From an uncultured Acidobacteriota bacterium (GTDB lineage: Bacteria; Acidobacteriota; Vicinamibacteria; Vicinamibacterales; 2-12-FULL-66-21), in assembly GCA_963839705.1 (NCBI GenBank), contig CAWIWL010000021.1, positions 127,380 through 191,379 of the forward strand: a DNA stretch of 64,000 nucleotides, given 5' to 3'. This document shows positions 36,945 to 45,825 of this stretch, one piece after another. The notes under the pieces are model-generated. The model had not been told where the DNA came from, did no database searches, and saw only the letters and a program-made list of their open reading frames with translations. The number at the start of each line of letters is the position of its first letter. Position 1 is the stretch's first letter. Position numbers and translations under genes: made by a program.

Positions 36945-39368
36945 TCACCCCTCGCGCAACGCACTTGCCGGATCGAACTTCGTCGCGCGACGCGCGGGAA
37001 GGAAGCTCGCCAGGGCGGCGCTCGCGCCGAGCGCCAGTGCGACAGAGCCGAGCGTCACCGGATCGAAGAGCGTCACTCCGAAAAGCTGCCCTTGGATGAA
37101 CCGCCCGAGGGCCAGCGCGGCGATCAGGCCAACCACGATCCCGGCCGCCGACAGCCCAAGTGCCCGGCCGACGATCATGCGCAGCACATCGCCCGGCACT
37201 GCCCCGAGCGCCATGCGAATGCTGATTTCGCGAGCCCGCTGCGCCACGGCGTAGCTCGTGACACCGAAGACGCCGATAGCCGCCAGCGCGAGCGCGACGG
37301 CGGCAAAGAGCGACAACAGGCTGGTGTAGAAACGGGGCCGAGCCATCGATCTCATGACGAGCTGCCTCATCGGTGTGATGTCGGCAATGGCCAGGTCCGG
37401 ATCCAGCGCGCGAATCTCGGTTCGAATCGCGGTCGCGAGTGCGGCCGGATCGCCCGTCGCCCGGACGACGATCTTGACGGACCGGATCGTCCGTTGCGCG
37501 AACGGCACGAAGAGCATCGGCACGGCAGGCTCGGCGGGGCTCCGCTGCAGCACGTCGGCCACGATCCCTACGACTTCGCGCGCGACGCCGTTGGTATTCA
37601 CACGCTTGCCAAGCGGATCCTGGTCTGCGAACCAGCGCCGGACGGCGGCCTCGTTGGCGATCACTACGCGGGGCGCCTCCGTGTGGTCCTGGTCGGTGAA
37701 CGGACGTCCGCGGCGTAGCGGTGCACCGATGGCCCGGAAATAGTCGGGCGTGGCGCTGGCCACGGCGATCTCGGGGTTGACGTTCGGCGGCGGTGGCGGT
37801 GCGCCTTCGACCGCGAAGCCGACCATCGAGCCGCGGCCGCTGAGCGGCAGCACGCTCGTCGCGGCTACCGCGCCAACGCCGGGAAGCGCGCGCAGACGTT
37901 CCTCGAACTCGGCGACCCGAATCCGGGTCGGTCCGTCCTGACGGTACTTTTCGCCCTGCAGCGTCACGCGAAACGAGAGCGCCTGTTCGGCCCGGAAGCC
38001 GGGATTGACGCGGGTCAGCTGGATGAAGCTCCTGACGAGCAGTCCCGCACCGACGAGCAGCACGACCGCCAGCGCCATCTCTGCTACAACCAGCGCGGCC
38101 CGCATGCGCTGTCCGCCCCCGCCGCCGTAGCCACGAGTGCTCTCGCGCAGTGCGTTCGGCAGGCGTGTGCCGCTGAACTGCAGCGCCGGCAGGACCCCGA
38201 AGGCCAAACTGGTCGCGAGCGCGATCGCAAGAGTGAACGAGATCACGACGGCGTTGACGCCGACCTCTTCGAGGCGCGGAAGGTCCGCGGGCTGCATCGC
38301 GACGAGCGCACGCGTCGCGAGGTAGGCGATGCCGAGGCCGGCCATGCCACCGGCCAAACCGAGGACGGCCGATTCCGTGAGGAGCTGGCGCAGCAGCCGT
38401 ACGCGGCCAGCGCCGAGAGCGGAGCGAACGGCCAGCTCTGCCTGGCGCGCCGAGGCGCGCGCGAGGAGCAGGTTGGCGACGTTCGCGCAGGCCACGAGCA
38501 GCACGAAGCCGACGGCGCCGAGGAGCACCAGGAGCGGCCTCCGAACGTCGCCGAGTATCACGTCGTTGAGCGAACGAGCGTTGAACGTCAGGGTGTCGTT
38601 GGTGTCGCGAAACTCCGCCTGCAACTGTGTACCGATGCGGCGCAAGTCGTCGTCGACCTGCGCGAGGGCCATGCCCGGTCTCGCCCGTCCAATGACGGTG
38701 AGGAACTCCCCTCGCCTTCCTTTCGCGGTTCCGGCGCTGAACGTGTCGTTGTACACGAGCGGTGTGTAGATCTCCGCATCGTCGAGCAGTCGCGCGCCAG
38801 GGGCCAGCACGCCGACGATCTCGACCGGCGCGCCGGCGATTGTGACCGTACGGCCGAGCACGCTCCGGTCGCCGCCGAACTGGCGCTGCCAGAACCCGTG
38901 GTCGAGCACGGCCACGCCAGCCCGTCCCGGTTGGTTCTCGCCGGGAACCGGGGTGCGGCCGAGCGCGACCGGCAACCCAAGCAGGCCGAGCAAGCCATCG
39001 CTCACGTTCGTTCCGCGAACCTCACGAGGCTCGCCGGCGCCGAGCATCGTGTAGACGCCGCCCGAATACGCTTCGACCTGCTCGAGCGTCCGCGTGTGCT
39101 CGCGGACGCTCATGAAGTCGGGCGGAGACAGCGGGTAGGGCGTGCCGTCCGGATAGAGCGTCGTCACGCGATACAACCGGTCCGCATCGTTGAACGGGAG
39201 CGGCGCCAGCAGCACGCCCTGCACGACGCTGAAGATCGCGCTGTTTGCTCCGATCCCCAGGGCCAGGGTCGTCAAGGCCACGGCTGTAAAGCCGGGCGCG
39301 CGGCGCAGCATGCGCAGCGCGTACTCGATGTCCTGGCGAAGCTCCCTCATGTATTCGGTTTGTGCCAT
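36945..39368 (-). CDS. ADOP-family FtsX/MacB-like permease (no adjacent PadR gene)
   Basis: 807-aa intact ORF. MRELRQDIEYALRMLRRAPGFTAVALTTLALGIGANSAIF. Two FtsX modules. Confidence 0.9.
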   Translation of the reverse strand: MAQTEYMRELRQDIEYALRMLRRAPGFTAVALTTLALGIGANSAIFSVVQGVLLAPLPFNDADRLYRVTTLYPDGTPYPLSPPDFMSVREHTRTLEQVEAYSGGVYTMLGAGEPREVRGTNVSDGLLGLLGLPVALGRTPVPGENQPGRAGVAVLDHGFWQRQFGGDRSVLGRTVTIAGAPVEIVGVLAPGARLLDDAEIYTPLVYNDTFSAGTAKGRRGEFLTVIGRARPGMALAQVDDDLRRIGTQLQAEFRDTNDTLTFNARSLNDVILGDVRRPLLVLLGAVGFVLLVACANVANLLLARASARQAELAVRSALGAGRVRLLRQLLTESAVLGLAGGMAGLGIAYLATRALVAMQPADLPRLEEVGVNAVVISFTLAIALATSLAFGVLPALQFSGTRLPNALRESTRGYGGGGGQRMRAALVVAEMALAVVLLVGAGLLVRSFIQLTRVNPGFRAEQALSFRVTLQGEKYRQDGPTRIRVAEFEERLRALPGVGAVAATSVLPLSGRGSMVGFAVEGAPPPPPNVNPEIAVASATPDYFRAIGAPLRRGRPFTDQDHTEAPRVVIANEAAVRRWFADQDPLGKRVNTNGVAREVVGIVADVLQRSPAEPAVPMLFVPFAQRTIRSVKIVVRATGDPAALATAIRTEIRALDPDLAIADITPMRQLVMRSMARPRFYTSLLSLFAAVALALAAIGVFGVTSYAVAQRAREISIRMALGAVPGDVLRMIVGRALGLSAAGIVVGLIAALALGRFIQGQLFGVTLFDPVTLGSVALALGASAALASFLPARRATKFDPASALREG

Positions 39369-39451
39369 GCGACGCTCCCGACTTTGGCTGATTTCAGCGC
39401 GCTCGTCGCGCGCCCCGTGTTAGAGCGATTCTCATTACTTTGTAGCGCGTA

Positions 39452-39545
39452 GTGTCCGGCTTTAGCCGGACTTCAGCGTGTCCGCCTAACCAGCCTCCGC
39501 TAAAGCTACGGCGGTCCGCCGAAGCCTTGGCGAAGGCGGAAGGCG
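39452..39545 (-). repeat. REP-like palindromic intergenic element (hairpin GTCCGGCT-TT-AGCCGGAC plus a ~54-nt unit shared with 55446-55499)
   Basis: 8-bp perfect hairpin at 39454-39471. 39490-39542 differs from the reverse complement of 55446-55499 at only three positions (two substitutions, one 1-nt indel). Confidence 0.7.
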
Positions 39546-39581
39546 GGCACTACGGACAAATGAAAAACGCTCTCGTTGCTC

Positions 39582-40901
39582 TTACTTCCATTCGAACGGG
39601 AACAGTCCGCCGGCACGGCGCGCGTCCAGTTCGATGCCGGCCAGCGCGGCGGCTCGCGCCAGTGCCGGGTCGCGCCCGGCGGCGAGGTCCGCGCCTGTTG
39701 GCAGGAGCAGTTCGTCTGGAACCACACCGGCGCCCTCGAGGCTTCGGCCGTCCGGCATTACGATGTCCGCGTCGGTCACGAGGAACTGATAGAAAAGCGC
39801 GACGGGGTCGCCCTGCACGAACGGATGGATTCGCGCTTCCATGACCGCACCCGACGAGCGATCGCCGATCACCACGCCGCGCTTCTGCAGTTGGACGGTG
39901 CGGGCGAAGATCTCCGCGGACGAGCCGGATGCCCCGTCCACCAGGACGATCAACTTGCCGGTGAATGCTGCGTCGCCGCGGCCCTTCGCGGTGATCGTGG
40001 CGCGTCCTTTCCGGCCGACGCGCGTGCCGATCGTCACTTCCGTGCTGAAGACGTTGGCCACCATCCGGTGGAGCGCCGTCATGAGTCCGCCGGCGTTGCC
40101 GCGGAGGTCGAGGATGAGCGTGCCCTGCTTCTTCGCGATCCCGAAGAGCTGATCCACTTCGGCGTTCTCGATCAGGAAGTGGGGCATCTTCCAGATCATC
40201 ACTTTGGCTTCCTCTATGTAGCGCTGTCGCGACCGCCGCGCGACGTCCTCCATGCCGCGCTCGAGCTCCTGGATCTCCATGCCGGCGCCGGGACCGGTCA
40301 GATTACGCACGGCCCGCCCAGGAGTCACCGTGGTCGCGACCGCGACGACGCGTTCTGCGCCCGAGGGGTCGCGCAGCTCGAGTCTCGTCGTCGGCTGCGG
40401 CTGCAGGATGTTGAGCAGGTACCACATCCGGAAGAAGCTTTCGCGGCCGACGCCGCCGCTGTTGAGCGACAGCAACTGGTCCCCTGCGTGTACCTTCGCC
40501 GCCGCATCCGTGCCGGGCCGCACGCGCTCCACGAACACGTTGTCGCCAATCACCATCAGGTGATAGCCGTAGTCGATGGTGTAGGCATGCGGGGGCGGCA
40601 GGAAGCTGGTATGCGAGTCCTTCAGCCCTCCGAGAAACGCAGCTACGAGCGTCAGCCCCGCGTTCATCGTCGGCGCGCTCTTCAGCTTCGCGTCGTACTC
40701 GCGGTATCGCGACTCCAGGTCGAGCCCGCGAAAGGACGGGTCGTAGTAGTTCTTCTTCACCGTCTCGTAGGCCTCGCGCATCATGCCCCGCACCTTGTAG
40801 AGGTCGTTGGCCGGCATGACTGCCGCCGTTTGCGCGGCCGGGCGCACGGCCAGCCCGGCTGTAAACAGCAGCAGTGCGAGACAAGCGCCGAGGCTTCTCA
40901 T
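39582..40901 (-). CDS. S41-family C-terminal processing peptidase with PDZ-like domain
   Basis: The ORF extends to 41306, but the signal peptide starts at ATG 40901 (MRSLGACLALLLFTAGLAVRPAAQ). LILDLRGNAGG and LVDGASGSSAEIFA blocks are typical of S41. Confidence 0.85.
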   Translation of the reverse strand: MRSLGACLALLLFTAGLAVRPAAQTAAVMPANDLYKVRGMMREAYETVKKNYYDPSFRGLDLESRYREYDAKLKSAPTMNAGLTLVAAFLGGLKDSHTSFLPPPHAYTIDYGYHLMVIGDNVFVERVRPGTDAAAKVHAGDQLLSLNSGGVGRESFFRMWYLLNILQPQPTTRLELRDPSGAERVVAVATTVTPGRAVRNLTGPGAGMEIQELERGMEDVARRSRQRYIEEAKVMIWKMPHFLIENAEVDQLFGIAKKQGTLILDLRGNAGGLMTALHRMVANVFSTEVTIGTRVGRKGRATITAKGRGDAAFTGKLIVLVDGASGSSAEIFARTVQLQKRGVVIGDRSSGAVMEARIHPFVQGDPVALFYQFLVTDADIVMPDGRSLEGAGVVPDELLLPTGADLAAGRDPALARAAALAGIELDARRAGGLFPFEWK

Positions 40902-41033
40902 GGGAGGACAGCAAGAGGATAGCGCATCGGAGTCTTCGGATTCTGGCTGTACGATGCGGCAGTCTGGAACGTTAAGGTCACTCTGTAGTGAACGACCGGA
41001 GAGGTCCGTCTCAAAAGAAAGGAACATACTGAA

Positions 41034-41411
41034 ATGGCCAAGAAAGCCAAGCCCGCTCTTGTTGTCGCCGCTGCAGACGTTGGTCGGCAGGCCGTTGCGG
41101 CCGGCATCCCCCAAATCGTCGTCCCGGCCGGGAGCACGCTCGAGGTCATCGTCGACGTCGGGCCGATGACCATCGCGTACACGGTCGCCTTCGCGGGAAG
41201 AACCCTGATCAAGTCTCTGGTCGATCGCGCGGAGCCAGTGCCGCTCGGCACTGGAACGCAGTTCCTGAACTGGGCATTCGCGCACACGCAGAAGGGTTGG
41301 GAGCACACGATTGCCGTATCGGTAGATGGAGGGCCATTGCAGGTTCTCGAATCCAAATCAGAGGCGAAGAAGGATCCCGACAACAGCGTCGGATTTGCCG
41401 TCATCAACTAG
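41034..41411 (+). CDS. Hypothetical 125-aa protein
   Basis: ATG follows A-rich AAAAGAAAGGAACATACTGAA. Locally lower GC. No family recognised. Confidence 0.5.
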   Translation: MAKKAKPALVVAAADVGRQAVAAGIPQIVVPAGSTLEVIVDVGPMTIAYTVAFAGRTLIKSLVDRAEPVPLGTGTQFLNWAFAHTQKGWEHTIAVSVDGGPLQVLESKSEAKKDPDNSVGFAVIN

Positions 41412-41427
41412 CTCGAGGACGACAACC

Positions 41428-42856
41428 ATGTTCAGGATCACCGCTCTCGTCGTCTGCATGCTGGCCCTGGTTCATCCACCGGCGCTGGCACAGCCAACGC
41501 CACAGGAAGTGGCAGCTGCGAGAAAAAGTAGACCGGCAGGCAGATGAGATCATCAAGGAAGTCTGGACGAGCACGCTTGCCAGCATGGCTCCCGCCAAGG
41601 GATTGACCGCACAAGGACTCACGGCGAGCGGCACGTCCGAGCAGCGCCGGGAGCTTTACAAGGCCGCCATCGACGCGATGGACGCCACGCTGAACGCCCG
41701 CTTTGCGCAACTGCTTCAAGACAACCCGGCCTATGCCAAGCAGGTCATTGACGAGCACGCGGACCTCTATGTCGCGAAGGCCATCGCGGCGCGGTTCGAT
41801 GAACGGACTCCGGTGTCAACCAACGGCACGGCGACCAACCCCGTCGCCTCCGGTCTGGCAGAGCGCAGCGGCGCATCGACGCTCGCGTCGCTCGCCGCCG
41901 ACCTGTCGAACGGGTTCCTGAATGCCGACGCCTCTGCCGTCAGCTTGAATCTCAGCGCGCTGGCACTCGTCGGCCTCCGCGACACGGAGGTCTATTCGTC
42001 TGTCGCCCAGTATCAGCGGCATGGAATTGCCCGCCGGATCAGCGGCACCGTCACCTTCGGCGCCAAAATCGTGGAAAAGGAGATCACCGGCCTCAGCAAC
42101 CTGCCCGACTTCGACAAGCTGTTCGACGTCTTCGTCTGGGACGTCAAAGTACGAGTCATCGGCGACAAGGATGCGAGGAGCGAACGGTGGTTTGCCAGGA
42201 GCCTCTTCCTCACTCATGTTGCGGCGGTGTTGCCCAACAGCGTCGCGCAGTCGCTCGCTGCCCAGTCGCTCGTCGCACAGGGTATCGAGGAGAACCAGAT
42301 CCTTACGGAGCTGATGAGGGCCAAGCTGGATCGGCAGGTGAGGGAGCTGAAAGCCGCGATGGCCCGCTCGGCCCAGGTCAGCGTCAAGGCCGCGGGCACG
42401 CACTTGACCAAGGAACCAGGCAAGAACAAGTACTCCTTTACGGCGATGTACGACCAGGGCATTGGTCCGTCGGACATCACCCTCAACGCGCAGTACGCCA
42501 TCACCGACGACATTCGCCTGGGTCTCGAGAACCCGTTCCAGACGAAAGTGTGGACGATCAACGGCTCGGTGACGTCACACTTCGCTCCGGACGTCGTCGC
42601 CAAAGGCCGCACGGTGGATCTCTCGGTTGGCGGGAGCGCCATGCTCTTCGCCGACAGCGAGGCATTACCAGTGCAGGTGTCGAACGTGTGGAAAATCACG
42701 TCGTCTATCGAATTCCCCGTGAAGGGGGGCGGTAAGATTCCGTTCTCGGTGATCTACACCAACGATTCGAATGCGCTGGCCAAGCAGAAATACATGTCCG
42801 GGTTGGTGGGGTTCAGCTACGATTTTTCGGCGCTTGGCAATCTCTTCAAGAAGTAG
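41428..42856 (+). CDS. Secreted ~475-aa protein of unknown function; one frame change in an A5 run
   Basis: ATG 41428 gives the signal peptide MFRITALVVCMLALVHPPALAQP (frame of ORF 41326..41547). The body is in the frame of ORF 41297..42856. The switch is at AGAAAAAGT (A-run 41523-41527); A4 would give ...AAARKVDRQADE.... Confidence 0.6.
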
Positions 42857-43000
42857 CTGATACCGGGGACTCGTTCCCTGTCCCAGCCGATGCCGGAGAC
42901 GGGCGTCAGCGGTCAGGCCGCCGACATCGCCCGGCACCCCTGCCATCTCGGCCACGGAATCCATGACCGTGGCGCAGCCAGACGCCTTCCACATATGTTA

Positions 43001-43058
43001 TTATCGACTTTCGATAAATATTTGCTGTATTTCGGCAAATATTATCGTATAACGATAA
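43001..43058. promoter_or_regulatory. Two TTATCG-N5-CGATAA palindromes in an AT-rich island, candidate operator/promoter of the DUF2975-XRE operon
   Basis: TTATCGACTTTCGATAA (43001-43017) and TTATCGTATAACGATAA (43042-43058), with centres 41 bp apart. 42991-43060 contains 19 G/C in 70 nt. About 110 nt upstream of ATG 43166. Confidence 0.45.
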
Positions 43059-43165
43059 CAATAGGACTCGCCGCGCACAACAACGCCGGCGGGCCAGCGA
43101 GCCAGGGGCCCGGGCATGGCGCCCCACGGTTAGCGCCACGCCCGAACTACTAGGAGGCGGGAATC

Positions 43166-43828
43166 ATGAGGGCTATTGGGAGACGTTCGATGTCGTCGGT
43201 GCTCACGGTCGTGCTGAATGCGTTGTGGTACCTCGTCGCCATCTTCCTGGCGATCACGGTCGGGCTCGTGTTCACAGGCGTGAATGTTGGCCTTCACATC
43301 GACTTGGACGGTCCCTCCGTCGACGCCGGTCCGAACGCCGCGATGAGCATCCCGGTGGTACTGGAAGTGGATGCCGCAACACACCGTGTTACTGCTCCAT
43401 CACTTGGCGTCGATGACGCGCAGCTTCGCAACGTGACCGGAGCGTTGAGGTTTCCAGCGCGCAAGGGTCCGCTCTTCATCGCGAACCTGGCGATTGTTGC
43501 CGGTTGGCTCATCCTCGGTTTGTGGGTGCTCGGCCAGCTGCGTGGCCTCTTCCGGGCCCTCGGCAACGGCAAGCCATTCGTGCCGGCCAACGCGACGCGT
43601 GTTCGACGGATTGGCTGGGCGGTCATCCTCGGCGAGCTCGCGCAGTCGGCGGTGATGTTCTTCGAGAACTACTACGCCATGACTCACTTCTCGGCCGTTG
43701 GTTTCACCTTTGACGCCAGGCCACAAGTCAACGTGTTCGCGATCATCAATGGACTGATCATCCTCGTCATCGCCGAAGTCTTTCGCGAAGGGACGCGTCT
43801 CGATGAGGATCGGTCGTTGACGATCTGA
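43166..43828 (+). CDS. DUF2975 family membrane protein
   Basis: 220 aa with four hydrophobic helices. The pattern VLNALWYLVAIFLAI... and the C-terminal EVFREGTRLDEDRSLTI are typical of DUF2975 (partner of YozG-like regulators). Confidence 0.8.
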   Translation: MRAIGRRSMSSVLTVVLNALWYLVAIFLAITVGLVFTGVNVGLHIDLDGPSVDAGPNAAMSIPVVLEVDAATHRVTAPSLGVDDAQLRNVTGALRFPARKGPLFIANLAIVAGWLILGLWVLGQLRGLFRALGNGKPFVPANATRVRRIGWAVILGELAQSAVMFFENYYAMTHFSAVGFTFDARPQVNVFAIINGLIILVIAEVFREGTRLDEDRSLTI

Positions 43829-43836
43829 GCACGCAC

Positions 43837-44063
43837 ATGGCCATACGAATCAAACTCGACCATCTTCTGCTCGATCGTCGTCTTTCGCTCACCGATCTGG
43901 CCGACGCATTGGCATCACGATCGCGAACCTGTCCGTGCTGAAGACTAACAAGGCTCGCGCCATTCGCTTCTCGACGCTTGAGGCACTCTGTCGAGAACTG
44001 AACTGCCAGCCTGGTGATCTCCTGGAGTGGACACGCGACGACGGCAAGACACGCGCGGAGTGA
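43837..44063 (+). CDS. XRE/Cro-type HTH transcriptional regulator (YozG-like); one frame change
   Basis: MAIRIKLDHLLLDRRLSLTDLADAL then, after a 1-nt loss in a G run (43910-43912), GITIANLSVLKTNKARAIRFSTLEALCRELNCQPGDLLEW. Both halves fall below the ORF-track size cut-off. Confidence 0.75.
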
Positions 44064-44432
44064 CGGACACTCACTGCGGCGAGTGCCATCGAGGGCGGCG
44101 AGTTGGAGACGCCGCTCGACTAAAAGCAACAGCTAGCCGCGAGAAGCGAGTCGCCAGAAGCGAGCTCGCAGCTCGAACTGCGCCGTTCGGAACACCAGCA
44201 TTGGACGCCCGGGGCGGGGCCCCGTGACCGGATTCAGTCGAGGCCGATGCCAGCCTTCGCCCCCATTCCCAGTGCTGCATCGCGAAAGCCGGGAACCTCC
44301 CTGCCCACGGGAGGCGGAGTAATAAGATCACGCCGCGCGAGTAAGCCGATATAATTCTCGCCCAACGGTTCTACGTCGAATGCCCGTTCGTCCCCGCAGG
44401 GTCGCGAACGAAGATTCGGAAGGTGGTTGTAG

Positions 44433-45816
44433 GTGCGTACTGTGCGAGTGTTGAGATTGGTCACGCTGGTCGCCTTGGCGGCTGCATCGACGACGGTGGT
44501 GGCGGCACAGGCTCCGCCGCCCGCCCCGGCTGAGTCGACAGTCGCGCGTGCGGGTCAGGCGGCCACTCCCAACGTCGACAATGCTGCCGGCAAGCCCGCC
44601 AGCGACGTTGGGACCGGACAGGGAGACAACTCCGGGTCAGAGCAGTCACCGACGGCCAAGGTGGCGCCGCCGCAGACCTCAACCGCATCGACGCGTCAGG
44701 CGGCGATCGAACAAGAGCAGGCAGCCAAGGTGCCAACCCTGCACCCTTACGTTCCCAATAAGGCGGAAGGGTACTTCGAGAGGCTCGACAAGATTCTGCA
44801 GGGTAGCGGACTCCCCTGGCATCCGTTCTTCGAGAGCGCGTACTCGGGCGGCGGCTTCACCCTCGGCGTGGGCCGTGCCTTCGACGTCAGCGCCTACAAC
44901 AGGCTCGACTTGCGCGGCAGCTACACCTTCACCGGCTACAAGCGCATCGAGGCCGAGTTCCTGGCGCCACGCATGTTCAACCGTCGCGCGGAGCTCTCGG
45001 TGATCGGCGGCTGGCGCGAGGCGACGCAGGTCGGCTTTTACGGCGTCGGTCCAGACACCACGTTAGACGACGAGACGAACTATCTCTTCCAGCAGCCCTA
45101 CGGTTCGGCGCTTTTCACCCTCTTTCCGAACCGCCGCCTCTTCATGCTGCGCGGTGGCGCCGAGTTCTCTCAATGGAAGCAGGAACCTGGTGAGGGCTCA
45201 ACGCCGTCGGTCGAGGAGCGCTACACGCCCGAGACGCTCCCCGGGCTGGGCGCCAAGGTCGACTACCTGCACACGCAGGGGTCGATCGGGCTCGACGGGC
45301 GCACGTCGCCCGGATACAGCCGCCGCGGCGGGTACCTCGCGGCGCACGCTGCACGACTACAAGGATCAGGACGACAACTTCGGCTTCCAGATGGTCGAAT
45401 ACGAAGGGATTGCGCATCTTCCGATCCTGCGCGAGACCTGGGTCCTGTCGTTCCGCGCCCGGATGCAGCACGCCAACGAGAAGGACGGCCAGCAGATCCC
45501 CTTCTTCATGCTGCCGGCACTCGGCGGCGGCTCGACGCTGCGCGGCTACGCCAGCTGGCGGTTCCGCGACCAGAACAGCCTGCTGCTCCAGGCGGAGTGG
45601 CGCATCATGGTCAACCGCTATCTCGATATGGCCTTCTTCTACGACGCCGGCAAGGTTGCGGCTTCCACGAGGAACATCAATCTCGACAACCTGCAAGACG
45701 ACTTCGGCTTCGGCCTCCGCTTCCACGGGCCGTTTGCCACGCCGCTCCGCGTCGAGCTGGCGCACAGCCGCGAGAGCGACTCAGGCTCATCTTCTCGTCG
45801 TCGGCCTCCTTCTTAG
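44433..45816 (+). CDS. Omp85/BamA-family outer-membrane barrel protein (no obvious POTRA); about three frame changes
   Basis: GTG start, signal peptide, low-complexity N-terminal region. Barrel-like region continues from the frame of 44433 (..SPGYSRRGGYL) into ORF 45154..45816 (TLHDYKDQDDNFGF...GGGSTLRGYASWRFRD...). The family-like C-terminus LRLIFSSSASF is again in the first frame. Confidence 0.7.
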
Positions 45817-45825
45817 GTAACCGTC

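Noticed and set aside
41519-41530. Possible programmed ribosomal frameshift at GCGAGAAAAAGTAG, between the signal-peptide frame and the body frame of the secreted protein.
   Set aside because: There is no canonical X-XXY-YYZ slippery heptamer in the required frame and no obvious downstream stimulatory structure. A one-base change in the A run restores a single ORF, and similar homopolymer indels occur in many other genes in this window.
44234-44464. 76-aa minus-strand ORF in the gap between the XRE gene and the Omp85-like gene.
   Set aside because: It overlaps the Omp85-like start and has no recognisable family. The gap also contains low-complexity AGC/GAG-rich sequence, so a chance ORF is more likely.
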